From a virus (Duplodnaviria; Caudoviricetes), in IMG/VR virus record IMGVR_UViG_3300012920_000042, positions 1-59,817 of that record: a DNA stretch of 59,817 nt; one strand, written 5' to 3'. The notes beneath the pieces were generated by a model. It was not told where the DNA came from and ran no database searches. It saw nothing but the letters and a program-made list of their open reading frames with translations. The position numbers were made by a program, and so were the translations under genes. Of the stretch, positions 48,301 through 56,905 are shown in pieces. How positions within the stretch are numbered: position 1 is the first letter of the stretch; each line of letters opens with the position of its first letter.

Positions 48301-51300
48301 CTTGTCTGCAATCTCATCTGCTTGGCTATCAAATCCCATTTTCTTAGCAATACTATCAAAACCAGTCATCCAATCTTTAATACCAGACCAACGATTTTCT
48401 ATAACATCTTCCAGTCCTTTATAATAATTAGAATCTTTTTCTTTACGCCCATAATAAGAGCCAAGCATTTCTCTTAAAGCATCGCTCATTCTTTCGTTGA
48501 GTCTCATTACAATATTTTCACCGAATGGACTTTCAAACTCTCCTTTTGCAATACTGTCAAGAATTTCGTTTAATTTTTCTAACGGATATTCATTGATTGC
48601 TAGATATCTAGAGTTGTCTTTGTAGCCTTCATGTTGTGTACCTTCAAAATCACTATCATAATCTTCCCAATACATATCGTGTAAAGGCTTGTTTGTTCTA
48701 ACAAACTGTTCTGTTAGTACACCTAACTGTTTAACAGCATCATAATATAGTTGAGGATTTATGTTTTTCATTTCTTCTAAGTATGATAAACGTTTTCTCA
48801 ACTTCATGGTATATGTGTTTAAATAGTTTTCCACGTAAGTATCATCGCTGTGAAAATTTCTATTATAGTTAGGCGACACAGGTTCTTTATAATCTTTAAA
48901 AGTTCCTAGAAACTCCATTAATTCTTTGTAATATTCTTCGTTGTATATATTACCTACTTGCACAGGAGGATTAGATACATCGTAACTTCCTTTAGTCATT
49001 CTAGTATAGAATAAATTGAACTCTCTGGTATCCATTGTATTATTAATAGACACCTTCATATTGTGTGGTTCATTATCTGAGAAGTCAATATCATCACCAT
49101 AATTAAATTTTAATAACAAGTCAGTTATTTTTTCATACTGTTCTCTGGTAAGATCGCTACCAACAGCATTCCACAATCCAGTTATAACTTTTTCTGCCAT
49201 TGGCGTTTTAATAAAACTAGGTGCTTTAATAATGTCTTTCTTGAAAAGTTCGTCAATACCTTTTTTAACTACATTAATTTTTTGATCTAATCTGTCGTTT
49301 TGAGTAGGTATGTTTACTCCGTCTATAGAACGTACTATACGTCTACTAAGTTCATCAGCATCTAAGTCAAAGTCTTTTAAACTGTTTCTAAGTGTGCCAA
49401 TAACTTTAACAGTAACGTTACCTCTGTTCATTTCGGTTGCAACGTCTACTGCTAGTATACCTAATGCCTGTAAATAGTATTTTTGTGCTTCTTGCAATTT
49501 TTCTGGAGCTCTTTTACTTGGAGGATTTCTTGGTGGTTCAATATAACCAGTTATTTCTTCTTCTGTAATACTTTCACCCATCCAACTTGGATCTCGGCCA
49601 GTTCCCTTTCTATAATCTTCTATATCCTGCTTCCATTCATCGTCTGCCTCTGGACGAGATAGTTCTTCGTATTCTGACTTAGAACTGTATGCATTTACAA
49701 TTTTGCCAATGCCATCAAAATAGTTATCTTTGCTTAATAATGTTTTGAATACATCTACAATAGGCTCTTTGATATTATCTATATCAAATCTATCTTTTGT
49801 TGCTTCTATGTCTGCTTTGCTGATATTTCCCGCGGTATTAACAATTCTGTAGAGCATAGCATTGTAGTCTGCTTTATACTTGTCCTCGTCATAACCTGCC
49901 TCCATGATAGTTGCATATCTTATAACTGCTTTAACAATTTTACCCATGTCTCTATGGTAGTCTTCGCCGCCACCTATTCTAAACTCTATGAGTTGATTTT
50001 TGGAATCTCTATCTACTTCGCCTTTAAAATTAATACTGCTAAATTTGTCTCTGCTCAAAGACTTTGAAAGTACAGCCTCTATTTCTTTTCTTCCTTCTTC
50101 GCCTTTGCCTATTTCTCTAGTAAGTTGTTTTGCGGCTTTTCGTAATCTTTCGCTTTGTTGCTTTGTGTAACTATTTCTTTCTCTACCGAAAGTACTGAGT
50201 AGATAAGTATCTCCTAATAGTGCCGCCATTTTTAATTTGTTTGGACCTGCGGATTCTGAATCGGAAATGGCTCTTGTTGTATCTTCTGCACCATTCCAAC
50301 TCATTGTAACATGCAAACCTGTAGAATTATTAGTTTCCATATCTGCACCTTCAAAAAACTTGAACATAGAACGCATTTCATCTAACATTTCTCTAGGAGT
50401 ATTAAATACTGGCGATATAATTTCTGCTCCAGTACCATAACTGTCAATACTGCTATCTGATTCTACGGCATAACCGCTAGTAGTACTTGTATACCCATAA
50501 TCACCTGTTTCTGGATATTCATTGAACTTACTGTTATCTTCTATCCAGCCACCATACAATGTTGAAGCAACTTCTTCTAAGCCGCCACCTTGTAGTTCAG
50601 AATAGTCAATGCCATAATCATCTAAAAATGAAGTCATTGTGTAGTATGCATCACTAATCCAGTCGTCCATGCTGTAATCACCATATGCTTCATCAAATGC
50701 TTCTTGGAAAACATCACCGTCAGCATCTAAATCCTCACGCAACCAATCAATGTATTCCGGTTCGTAATTTTCGTCAATGTACTCTCTTATCCAATTAATT
50801 TCGTCCCAACCATCCTCTTCTCTGTTTTGAAACTCTGCAGGATCGTTTTCTTTCATCTCTTCTTTGTAATCTTCAACTGCTTCATAAGTAGGTGCATCAT
50901 CGCTTTCATCCATATAACGTGTATAAGTATCGTCGTCATCTCTGGCATTTTCAATGGCAGTATCCATAGCATCTTCATAATAGTCAGGTGCTTTATTTTC
51001 TCTTATCCATTCATCAAAGCCTTCATCGATGTAACCTGCGTCACCGCTACCTATGTATAATGTACCTTCAACTTCACTCCAACTCATTTCATCTACATCT
51101 TCATTACTTCCGCTGATGTATTCCCATGATGTTTCTGCTTCGAACCCGCACTTGATAGGCAAGTCTAATGCTTTGTTTACAATTTCTTTACTGTTAAAGT
51201 TTATTTCTGCTAGATACTCGCCTTCTCTTAATCGGCTTCTTGAGAGTCTTTTAATTTTTTTAGCAATGGAGTTTTTCTTTGTGGTTTGTTGTTTTGTAAC

Positions 51301-51780
51301 TTTTTTAAGTATGTCATGACCTATGTCCTCATCTATCATAACTTCTACATTAGGATCATATAATTCGTATTCGCCTTTAACATTTTGTACAACAATCTTA
51401 TCTGGATTAGGTGACATACCTACTTTACTAATTACTGTACCTACTGTATTACCGTCCTTGTCTTTGAATACAGCACCATCGTCTAGGCCTTTTGCTGGTA
51501 CGCCAACCATTTTAGGTGCCGCACTTTTACCTGTTGTATTAGGACTTGCTTTTTGTCTTGCATTAGGACTTGCTTTTTGCATGGTATTTGGTGATGATGA
51601 TTGTCCCATAGCACCTTTTATATCACCTTGTGCTAGATCTGATCCTGCTTTTACTCTATCCTTAACAAATTTTGCGGCGGCTTTTGCTTTTTGACCAAAA
51701 GTACTATACGCAGGAGCACCTGGTGTAGACCCATATTCTTTTAAAAAATGTTCTAAAGTTTTAATATCATTAAACTTCAT
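45391..51780 (-). CDS. Giant modular protein with a putative amidoligase (COOH-NH2 ligase) domain and a C-terminal PD-(D/E)XK-like module
   Basis: CGFEAE, VESDSSI, GAEIISPV, TNNSTGLHVTMS, KFSSIN, IEFRIGGG; NKGEVAEG..TKVDV..MSVK. Confidence 0.75.
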   Translation of the reverse strand: MKFNDIKTLEHFLKEYGSTPGAPAYSTFGQKAKAAAKFVKDRVKAGSDLAQGDIKGAMGQSSSPNTMQKASPNARQKASPNTTGKSAAPKMVGVPAKGLDDGAVFKDKDGNTVGTVISKVGMSPNPDKIVVQNVKGEYELYDPNVEVMIDEDIGHDILKKVTKQQTTKKNSIAKKIKRLSRSRLREGEYLAEINFNSKEIVNKALDLPIKCGFEAETSWEYISGSNEDVDEMSWSEVEGTLYIGSGDAGYIDEGFDEWIRENKAPDYYEDAMDTAIENARDDDDTYTRYMDESDDAPTYEAVEDYKEEMKENDPAEFQNREEDGWDEINWIREYIDENYEPEYIDWLREDLDADGDVFQEAFDEAYGDYSMDDWISDAYYTMTSFLDDYGIDYSELQGGGLEEVASTLYGGWIEDNSKFNEYPETGDYGYTSTTSGYAVESDSSIDSYGTGAEIISPVFNTPREMLDEMRSMFKFFEGADMETNNSTGLHVTMSWNGAEDTTRAISDSESAGPNKLKMAALLGDTYLLSTFGRERNSYTKQQSERLRKAAKQLTREIGKGEEGRKEIEAVLSKSLSRDKFSSINFKGEVDRDSKNQLIEFRIGGGEDYHRDMGKIVKAVIRYATIMEAGYDEDKYKADYNAMLYRIVNTAGNISKADIEATKDRFDIDNIKEPIVDVFKTLLSKDNYFDGIGKIVNAYSSKSEYEELSRPEADDEWKQDIEDYRKGTGRDPSWMGESITEEEITGYIEPPRNPPSKRAPEKLQEAQKYYLQALGILAVDVATEMNRGNVTVKVIGTLRNSLKDFDLDADELSRRIVRSIDGVNIPTQNDRLDQKINVVKKGIDELFKKDIIKAPSFIKTPMAEKVITGLWNAVGSDLTREQYEKITDLLLKFNYGDDIDFSDNEPHNMKVSINNTMDTREFNLFYTRMTKGSYDVSNPPVQVGNIYNEEYYKELMEFLGTFKDYKEPVSPNYNRNFHSDDTYVENYLNTYTMKLRKRLSYLEEMKNINPQLYYDAVKQLGVLTEQFVRTNKPLHDMYWEDYDSDFEGTQHEGYKDNSRYLAINEYPLEKLNEILDSIAKGEFESPFGENIVMRLNERMSDALREMLGSYYGRKEKDSNYYKGLEDVIENRWSGIKDWMTGFDSIAKKMGFDSQADEIADKQRVDKRETNFKKAVQNRPPISINVPEHSVLVIRKDIYDRCIDPDITQAQRQSAQVQDRSKFLGKINQAGVYIIPGPHVDQVRQAYDTLAMLNDLPDDAPLKTSQLWREPIANKIIKKFMLMYKISWNRMDTDEYIMTDSYSSNLYNQMKKAGIEVTRKGSSIDDAPLIPHEETQNKDGDEFDPVDDATSNAIAKAARVDHLDGESSETIHTQAKYDLLAPAIGIEPGVNNQGVNLLKKVVDQFQSDSTKYRSGPDEVPVIGLQRWLQAVRDARKYINANYTSGGGNYFRKDADGNPGDDVSDVYGNASGPSVSDLRGERPGDDVSEDDYDAMRRKYQKFDYMMITGMQNYLLRPDVNRFVAFLKNPDNDEEFKHAVIQKLIFDKNSGEEPNDFQGALARGRMVLQSQNESVFDRFDKLPLQEQIAKLENIDVTKINQLHEKALGRADLKTPDRRQNFADKLRADGDFTLAGGEGSIKLDPSMADAFDNAENAGQLPAKLTTADGEQVSYGTLEKTAEFGARTGGPAGDDAPVKVSNKGEVAEGILGCGTFARLLVRPSAPVTAADIENVIKQLPTDAPDQGGWHELTLTAQEVDNPIADFFTLTLNLKSDTYQDFIDPQKWSVMQSITSGVVDYVNDNLEKYTNYFQANGKVDTVKVIADGVSGETDTKVDVFLTHSLDGGPEKTLQHFDMSVKVGSTKQMGQVGGGKQTEPLSVRYGILAEMWQRFDVDISNIEQDFLNAETVEQGYKIAYTEAVRQLNSHLTSEEKEEEFLLTLLNAIKFFATLNDDRVKLVQFTDLKAGGYYVLDFKKLNRMFDKDKVDLEAKMIETAKHPKITIFNKVTNKDFLSIRMYQAGSGYIRNYIEKEKGLVDLTKVRGSGMRKKVESIREGAVPNNDTIRKLREIFAKPLLTNDIKGQMDAYVAIPDPSMIRDFRAARASYGDEHDLRSIVRSYAKLKLHDSLKKQLSK

Positions 51781-52128
51781 TTACTTTTTCCTGTTTGGGA
51801 ATCTGTTTGTTTTTGCTTTGAAAGGACTCTTTTTAGGTTTAAATCTCGTAGGCTTGTTCATTTGTGCTACCCTACGACTAATTGGATTATACTTCTTAGA
51901 CCTTTTAGCCTTACGAGCAATCTTGGCTCCAAATTTTGCTTTTGTTTTTTTAAGTGTTAAACGTTTTTTGAAGTCTATAGGAGCACCACATTGGCTAGCC
52001 TTTGAGACTACCCTACCTTTACGCCTACCAGATGTACACCTGACAGCACGTTTTACTTTGTTGCCCATTTTACGCCAGACCATTCTGGCTTCAAATATTT
52101 CGCTATCGTCGACTTCGTTAAATCTCAT
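51781..52128 (-). CDS. Highly basic small protein with capsid-targeting-like start
   Basis: MRFNEVDDSEIFE|A then K/R-rich RCTSGRRKGRVV..C. Confidence 0.7.
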   Translation of the reverse strand: MRFNEVDDSEIFEARMVWRKMGNKVKRAVRCTSGRRKGRVVSKASQCGAPIDFKKRLTLKKTKAKFGAKIARKAKRSKKYNPISRRVAQMNKPTRFKPKKSPFKAKTNRFPNRKK

Positions 52129-52129
52129 T

Positions 52130-52576
52130 TTACCACTTCTTACATGACCAGTATCTTGCTTTAGTCTTTGGACCTGGATTATCGCAATTATGTCTTGCTC
52201 TAAAACTCTTTCTTGCTTTAGGATTGTTTTTGCGAATTTTCATAGCCTTACCTTTTACACTTGAACCGCCGTGTCCAAAGTTTACTTTTTTAACGTTTCC
52301 TGTTTTAGGATCTTTCACATAAACTTTAAACTTCTTAACATCGCCTTGCATAGGTTTGTTAAGTTTAACTTTACGTCCGCGGTATTCTGCTTCTTCTAGG
52401 TTATCTTCAATCCATCCGTAGTCTTCAAAGAAAGCATTGTCGTCATCATAATCATATTCTTCGAGACCTTCTTTTTTGACACAGTTTGGTACACGTTTTC
52501 CGAACATGGTTTTCATGCCCTTCTTCTCGTAACCTTTCCAACAACGTGTGCCTTCTTCAATTTCTCTTATATTCAT
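52130..52576 (-). CDS. Basic modular protein (DUF6321-like C-terminus)
   Basis: Likely start 52576 MNIREIEE|G; CWKGY..VPNCV module; RKSFRARHNC..ARYWSC. Confidence 0.7.
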   Translation of the reverse strand: MNIREIEEGTRCWKGYEKKGMKTMFGKRVPNCVKKEGLEEYDYDDDNAFFEDYGWIEDNLEEAEYRGRKVKLNKPMQGDVKKFKVYVKDPKTGNVKKVNFGHGGSSVKGKAMKIRKNNPKARKSFRARHNCDNPGPKTKARYWSCKKW

Positions 52577-52824
52577 AATAATATACTTCCTAATAGTGTT
52601 CCTACTGTGGCTAAAAGTGTAGTTACAGTAATACCAACAATAGCAACTATCCAACCTTCTAGTTTATCAAGTCTTGATTTAGTATCATCTTTGAATTCTC
52701 TTAGTTCAGCAGTAATGCTTTCTATACGCAACATATCTGCAATAATATGTGCTTCAACACCACCCTCTTGAATATACTGCTCTGGTTGTGGTACTTCTTT
52801 AGTTTCTACCTTTTTTCTAGCCAT
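52573..52824 (-). CDS. Coiled-coil protein with a C-terminal TM helix
   Basis: RLDKLEGWIVAIVGITVTTLL. Confidence 0.7.
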   Translation of the reverse strand: MARKKVETKEVPQPEQYIQEGGVEAHIIADMLRIESITAELREFKDDTKSRLDKLEGWIVAIVGITVTTLLATVGTLLGSILL

Positions 52825-52838
52825 TTTTTAGTCTACTC

Positions 52839-53255
52839 TTATAATAAATCTTGTTTAGTGAATTCCATATTCACTGTACTTTTAGTATCTATGGTTCCAC
52901 CATTTAATACTATACCATTTAATTCATCTTTGAGAGTATCTATTGTGTGAACGCCTTCACGTTCAAATGCAAATTTAAAAATCCACCCTGCTCCTGTAAG
53001 TGTAGGTGCCCCATAGTTTTCTAATACTAATGCACCACTTCCACTTAGTGCTACAGGGTTATTCATAACAACGGGCATAGCCCTTAGTCCTATAACTTGC
53101 ACTATACTTTCAAAGTCTTTTTGTGTGTTGTCATTGAAATCACCTGTTCTAGTGATGTCTAACGACGTAAACAATGAATAAAATTCTATATTACCAGATA
53201 AAACCTCCTGGTTATTCATTGCTCCTGCTCTTGTTAATGCCATGTGTGTCTCCAT
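52839..53255 (-). CDS. Hypothetical late protein
   Basis: GATAAATA upstream; ORF track. Confidence 0.7.
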   Translation of the reverse strand: METHMALTRAGAMNNQEVLSGNIEFYSLFTSLDITRTGDFNDNTQKDFESIVQVIGLRAMPVVMNNPVALSGSGALVLENYGAPTLTGAGWIFKFAFEREGVHTIDTLKDELNGIVLNGGTIDTKSTVNMEFTKQDLL

Positions 53256-53316
53256 TGCAAGACATTAGTGTCCTTGCTTACACTATTTATCAGTTTTTGG
53301 ATTATTGTTTTGGAGT

Positions 53317-54378
53317 CTAGAATGGCACGTCTTTAGAACGTGTAGTAATAGGTGTGTAAACTTCTTCTTTTGGTAATGATTTATTTTCTAATGCACGTTG
53401 TACAAATGCTTTTCTCAGTATTTGGAAATCTTTCATTATTTCAGATTTGGTTCTTGTTATTTCAAAGTTACCATACCAGACACCCAGTACTTCTATTAGC
53501 ACTTGTATTATATCATTGTGTATGTGTAGTCCTTTGTCTCTGTAATCTGTGAAGTATTCTTGTATTAATTCATACAAAGGAAAGTAATTTTCACGCATTG
53601 TTTCTTCTACTGCAACACGAATGCTGGATTTTGCAACAAAGGATAGTGCTAAAGGAGGGTGATCCTCTGGGAAAGATTGGCTTGCAAATCCAAAAGGACT
53701 GAGTATAAAGAGTACATCTTTACAAATATATTTGTGTATTAATTCTAATACTTCTTTGTGTGACTGCAATGTTTCTTCATGAGACATTCTGCGTATAATA
53801 TGTCTTTCATGATCTAAGTGTGCTAATGGCGGTGCCGCATGTAGGTCCTGCCCTGTTACTTTGTCATGATAAATGTCTGTGGTGCCACTAAATAATACCA
53901 TTTTATTAAAGTCAAGCATTTTTAGTTTCAAAAACTCTTTGTCTCTTTTGCTGATTTTAAATTGCTTAGGACTGTAATCTTCCCAGATGCTTTCTTGATA
54001 CATATCACCATCTTCAAAAAGCCAACGTAAGTTCATAGCAAGTGTTTTCATATTAAATACACCTTGTCCATATCTAAAAACTTTGTTGGTTGTCCACATT
54101 TTCTTTTCAAATATACTAGCAAAGTCTGTTACTATACAACTGCCTGCCCATAGTACAGTATCACCTTGTTCAAAAAAGTCAGTGTTAAATGAATGGAACC
54201 ATTCATAATTGAAGAATTCTTTGGATTTTTCAAAGCCAGGTGTAGATGTAGTAATTAATTTACCTGGTCTTGCATTAGCAACTTCCATAGGAATTTTGAA
54301 GTTGCCAAACACAGATTCTGTGGAACTCATTTCCAGGATGTGTTGGTTTATGATTAATGGGTCGTCTAGTATTGCCAT
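53317..54378 (-). CDS. GSCFA-family (SGNH-like) protein
   Basis: WAGSCIV, ILSP, AKSSIRVA, YFPLYE, LH; leaderless late start. Confidence 0.75.
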   Translation of the reverse strand: MAILDDPLIINQHILEMSSTESVFGNFKIPMEVANARPGKLITTSTPGFEKSKEFFNYEWFHSFNTDFFEQGDTVLWAGSCIVTDFASIFEKKMWTTNKVFRYGQGVFNMKTLAMNLRWLFEDGDMYQESIWEDYSPKQFKISKRDKEFLKLKMLDFNKMVLFSGTTDIYHDKVTGQDLHAAPPLAHLDHERHIIRRMSHEETLQSHKEVLELIHKYICKDVLFILSPFGFASQSFPEDHPPLALSFVAKSSIRVAVEETMRENYFPLYELIQEYFTDYRDKGLHIHNDIIQVLIEVLGVWYGNFEITRTKSEIMKDFQILRKAFVQRALENKSLPKEEVYTPITTRSKDVPF

Positions 54379-54390
54379 ACTAGTATTTAT

Positions 54391-54960
54391 TTAGGCGTCG
54401 AACTTACTGGCTACGTCTTTGGCGTCACTACCTACTTTATCTAAATATGATTGAACTTCGCCTTTGCCTAATCCAACCACCTCTTCACCTTTATTAACAA
54501 TCTTTCTAAGTGCTGTTTTGATTAGATCCATTCCTGGTATTTCAGGATCGTCGGGGGACTGTCCAGCCGTCTTTGAGTATTTTCTTAGTGGCTTTGCTCT
54601 TTTTTCAGCATCTGCCGCCGCCTGAGCCGCTGATTTCCAATCACCTGCTTTACCACCAGTTTTTCTAATATGTCTATCAACAGCATCTTGGTCTCTGGTT
54701 TTTAGTGCCGCTAATTCCGTGTTAGCATAACTGATTGCTTGTTGCATGGTCTGTATGTGAGGCATCATTAAAGCAACTTGTACAAGATTCACAAACTCTG
54801 GATTGTCTTTGTATGTTTGACGCATTTGGGTAAGTTCGTTTTGATCCCAACCTTTGTCTTGTGCTTGTTGTCTAAAATCTTTAGCCCTAGCAGGTTTTAC
54901 GTTGCTAGACGGTTCAACATCGTCAAGATCTGGTGCTTCTGTTATTTCATAAATCTTCAT
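54391..54960 (-). CDS. Hypothetical head-associated protein
   Basis: MKIYEITE|A start. Confidence 0.65.
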   Translation of the reverse strand: MKIYEITEAPDLDDVEPSSNVKPARAKDFRQQAQDKGWDQNELTQMRQTYKDNPEFVNLVQVALMMPHIQTMQQAISYANTELAALKTRDQDAVDRHIRKTGGKAGDWKSAAQAAADAEKRAKPLRKYSKTAGQSPDDPEIPGMDLIKTALRKIVNKGEEVVGLGKGEVQSYLDKVGSDAKDVASKFDA

Positions 54961-55781
54961 TTCTGTCTCTTTCTACCACTTGCCCAGTAGCCTGCTATTG
55001 CTCCTATGCCTGTACCTATCTTATCTTGTGTAGAAGGTTTTGCTTTTCTTAACTTATCTATAGCATATTTACCTGCTATGGCACCTGCAACTGTACCCGC
55101 GGCTCTAGTGGCAAATGATGGTCTTTGTGCATCAGCCGCCGCTTTGTTAGCCTTTCTCTCAAGATCTCTGTAACCTCTTTTCTTGAGAAATGGTTCTAGT
55201 GCAGGAACTAATTCGCTACCTCTACCTGCTCCACCACCTATTCTTTTAATTTCAAATACCAGTTGAGCATATATGGCATTTCTTTGTGCAAATTTTAAGT
55301 TCTTATATGTACTTATCAATCTACGCCATCTTTTATAACGAGAATCTTTTATTTTTAACTGATTTTCTAGTCTATAAAAATACATATTTGCATATTCTCT
55401 GCCTGCTCTTGATTGTGCAACCATACGCAAATATTTAATGTACATGCCTTGATCAAACTGTAAACCTTCCATGAATTTTTTACTTTCTGAATGTTTTGTA
55501 AAAGTCATGTTTTGATTGTCTGGATGTAAAAGTGCGTATGCTAATAGATATAAATCTGAGGCCGCTGTTCTAAACAATGCAAAGTTACCATATGCAACTG
55601 TTATTTTTGCATAATCTTTTGCTCTCTTTACTGTTTTATCTTCGAGATAAAGTAAGTGTAGTGCTAACGTATTCAAGAACAATAAGTCAGCAATTTGTCT
55701 ACCTGTAAAGGCACCAAAACTTCTAGAGTATCTAAATAGTCTTGCTTCTGCTATTTCTTGATTTATTAATTTTAAATCCAT
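54957..55781 (-). CDS. Helical protein with a C-terminal glycine zipper
   Basis: INQEIAE|A; AAGTVAGAIAG and IGTGIGAIAG. Confidence 0.65.
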   Translation of the reverse strand: MDLKLINQEIAEARLFRYSRSFGAFTGRQIADLLFLNTLALHLLYLEDKTVKRAKDYAKITVAYGNFALFRTAASDLYLLAYALLHPDNQNMTFTKHSESKKFMEGLQFDQGMYIKYLRMVAQSRAGREYANMYFYRLENQLKIKDSRYKRWRRLISTYKNLKFAQRNAIYAQLVFEIKRIGGGAGRGSELVPALEPFLKKRGYRDLERKANKAAADAQRPSFATRAAGTVAGAIAGKYAIDKLRKAKPSTQDKIGTGIGAIAGYWASGRKRQK

Positions 55782-56905
55782 TATCTTGTTACCGCCCTGT
55801 TTGCCGCACTAAATGTTGCCCTTGGCACTAATTTAATATCACCGTCTGGGTGTGCTAATACATATCCTTCGCCACCACTATTACCATTTATATTCTGTTG
55901 TATATCACCACCTTGATTTTCAAACTGTGATATAACTTTATCTTTAACCTGCATAATAGCAGAAACTGTTTTCCACATTGCCGAATAGGCTTTACTGTGT
56001 TTTTGTATATAGTCTGCTATACGTTGTTTCTTTACAGCACTGACATTTGATGTTTGTAACCAATCTATAAAGTCAACTCCTAATTCATCTAAGCCTGTAT
56101 CTACTTTAGAATTAATATATCTATACAGTATCTGAGGAAAGTCCTTCATTTTTAATATAGATAATTCTGTTGTACTAAGCAACTCATCTATAAGACCTGC
56201 ATTTTGTTTTACCATTGCTTCTAATTTATTTAATGCAGGACTAATCTTTTGTGCAGGTTTCTCGACACTGATAGGTGGTACAACAAGTACATTATCACCT
56301 GTAAATATATCATAATTTTGTAAAGGTGATTCATTGCCTTCTTCATCTACCATCCTATGAATAACTATACCAGCATTACTTTGTCTAATTTTTTGTCCTA
56401 ATTCTGATTCTACGTCAACAGCATATTCCACAATGTTAGGTTTAAAAACATAGTTATTATTTTGTACAGGAGGTGTTTGACTGTAAAGTAAGTCTCCTTT
56501 AAAATAACCTTTAAAATTTTCTGGAACTATTAATTCAAATTGATTGAATAAATCCGCCATTGTGTTAGCAAATTCTATTTGTGCTGGATCTTCTCTTCTG
56601 GAACCTCCACTACGTGATAAAAACATGTTTCTAACTTCTTCAGCAGATGTTGTTTTACCATCATATCCTTTTGCTGTCCAACCACTTTTATCAGTGAACA
56701 CAAATTGTCCTTGTGGATTCCTACCAAATATAACAGCAGGAGAGCCGTCCCATTTTATTGTGACGTCTTTGTGCCCATCTTTTTCTAAACTTTTTAAACT
56801 GTTTACAACACGCATGGCACCTTTTGAACCTTCCCAAAAGATAATATCTTCAGCATGTTGAATCCTTGCGGCTTCCATTAGCAATTTGATTTCTCTAAAC
56901 CTCAT
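55781..56905 (-). CDS. DUF6267-like, ATP-dependent ligase/covalent nucleotidyltransferase fold
   Basis: TIKWDG (motif I KxDG), KGDLLY, EGYV (motif IV), IKLV (motif V). Confidence 0.7.
   Translation of the reverse strand: MRFREIKLLMEAARIQHAEDIIFWEGSKGAMRVVNSLKSLEKDGHKDVTIKWDGSPAVIFGRNPQGQFVFTDKSGWTAKGYDGKTTSAEEVRNMFLSRSGGSRREDPAQIEFANTMADLFNQFELIVPENFKGYFKGDLLYSQTPPVQNNNYVFKPNIVEYAVDVESELGQKIRQSNAGIVIHRMVDEEGNESPLQNYDIFTGDNVLVVPPISVEKPAQKISPALNKLEAMVKQNAGLIDELLSTTELSILKMKDFPQILYRYINSKVDTGLDELGVDFIDWLQTSNVSAVKKQRIADYIQKHSKAYSAMWKTVSAIMQVKDKVISQFENQGGDIQQNINGNSGGEGYVLAHPDGDIKLVPRATFSAANRAVTR

Noticed and set aside
51535-51600. Short direct repeat (QKASPN x2)
   Set aside because: Coding micro-duplication in a disordered segment, not an array
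52577-52654. Cys-rich N-terminal extension MDSCYCWYYC
   Set aside because: Overlaps the upstream gene; the tagged start at 52576 is more plausible
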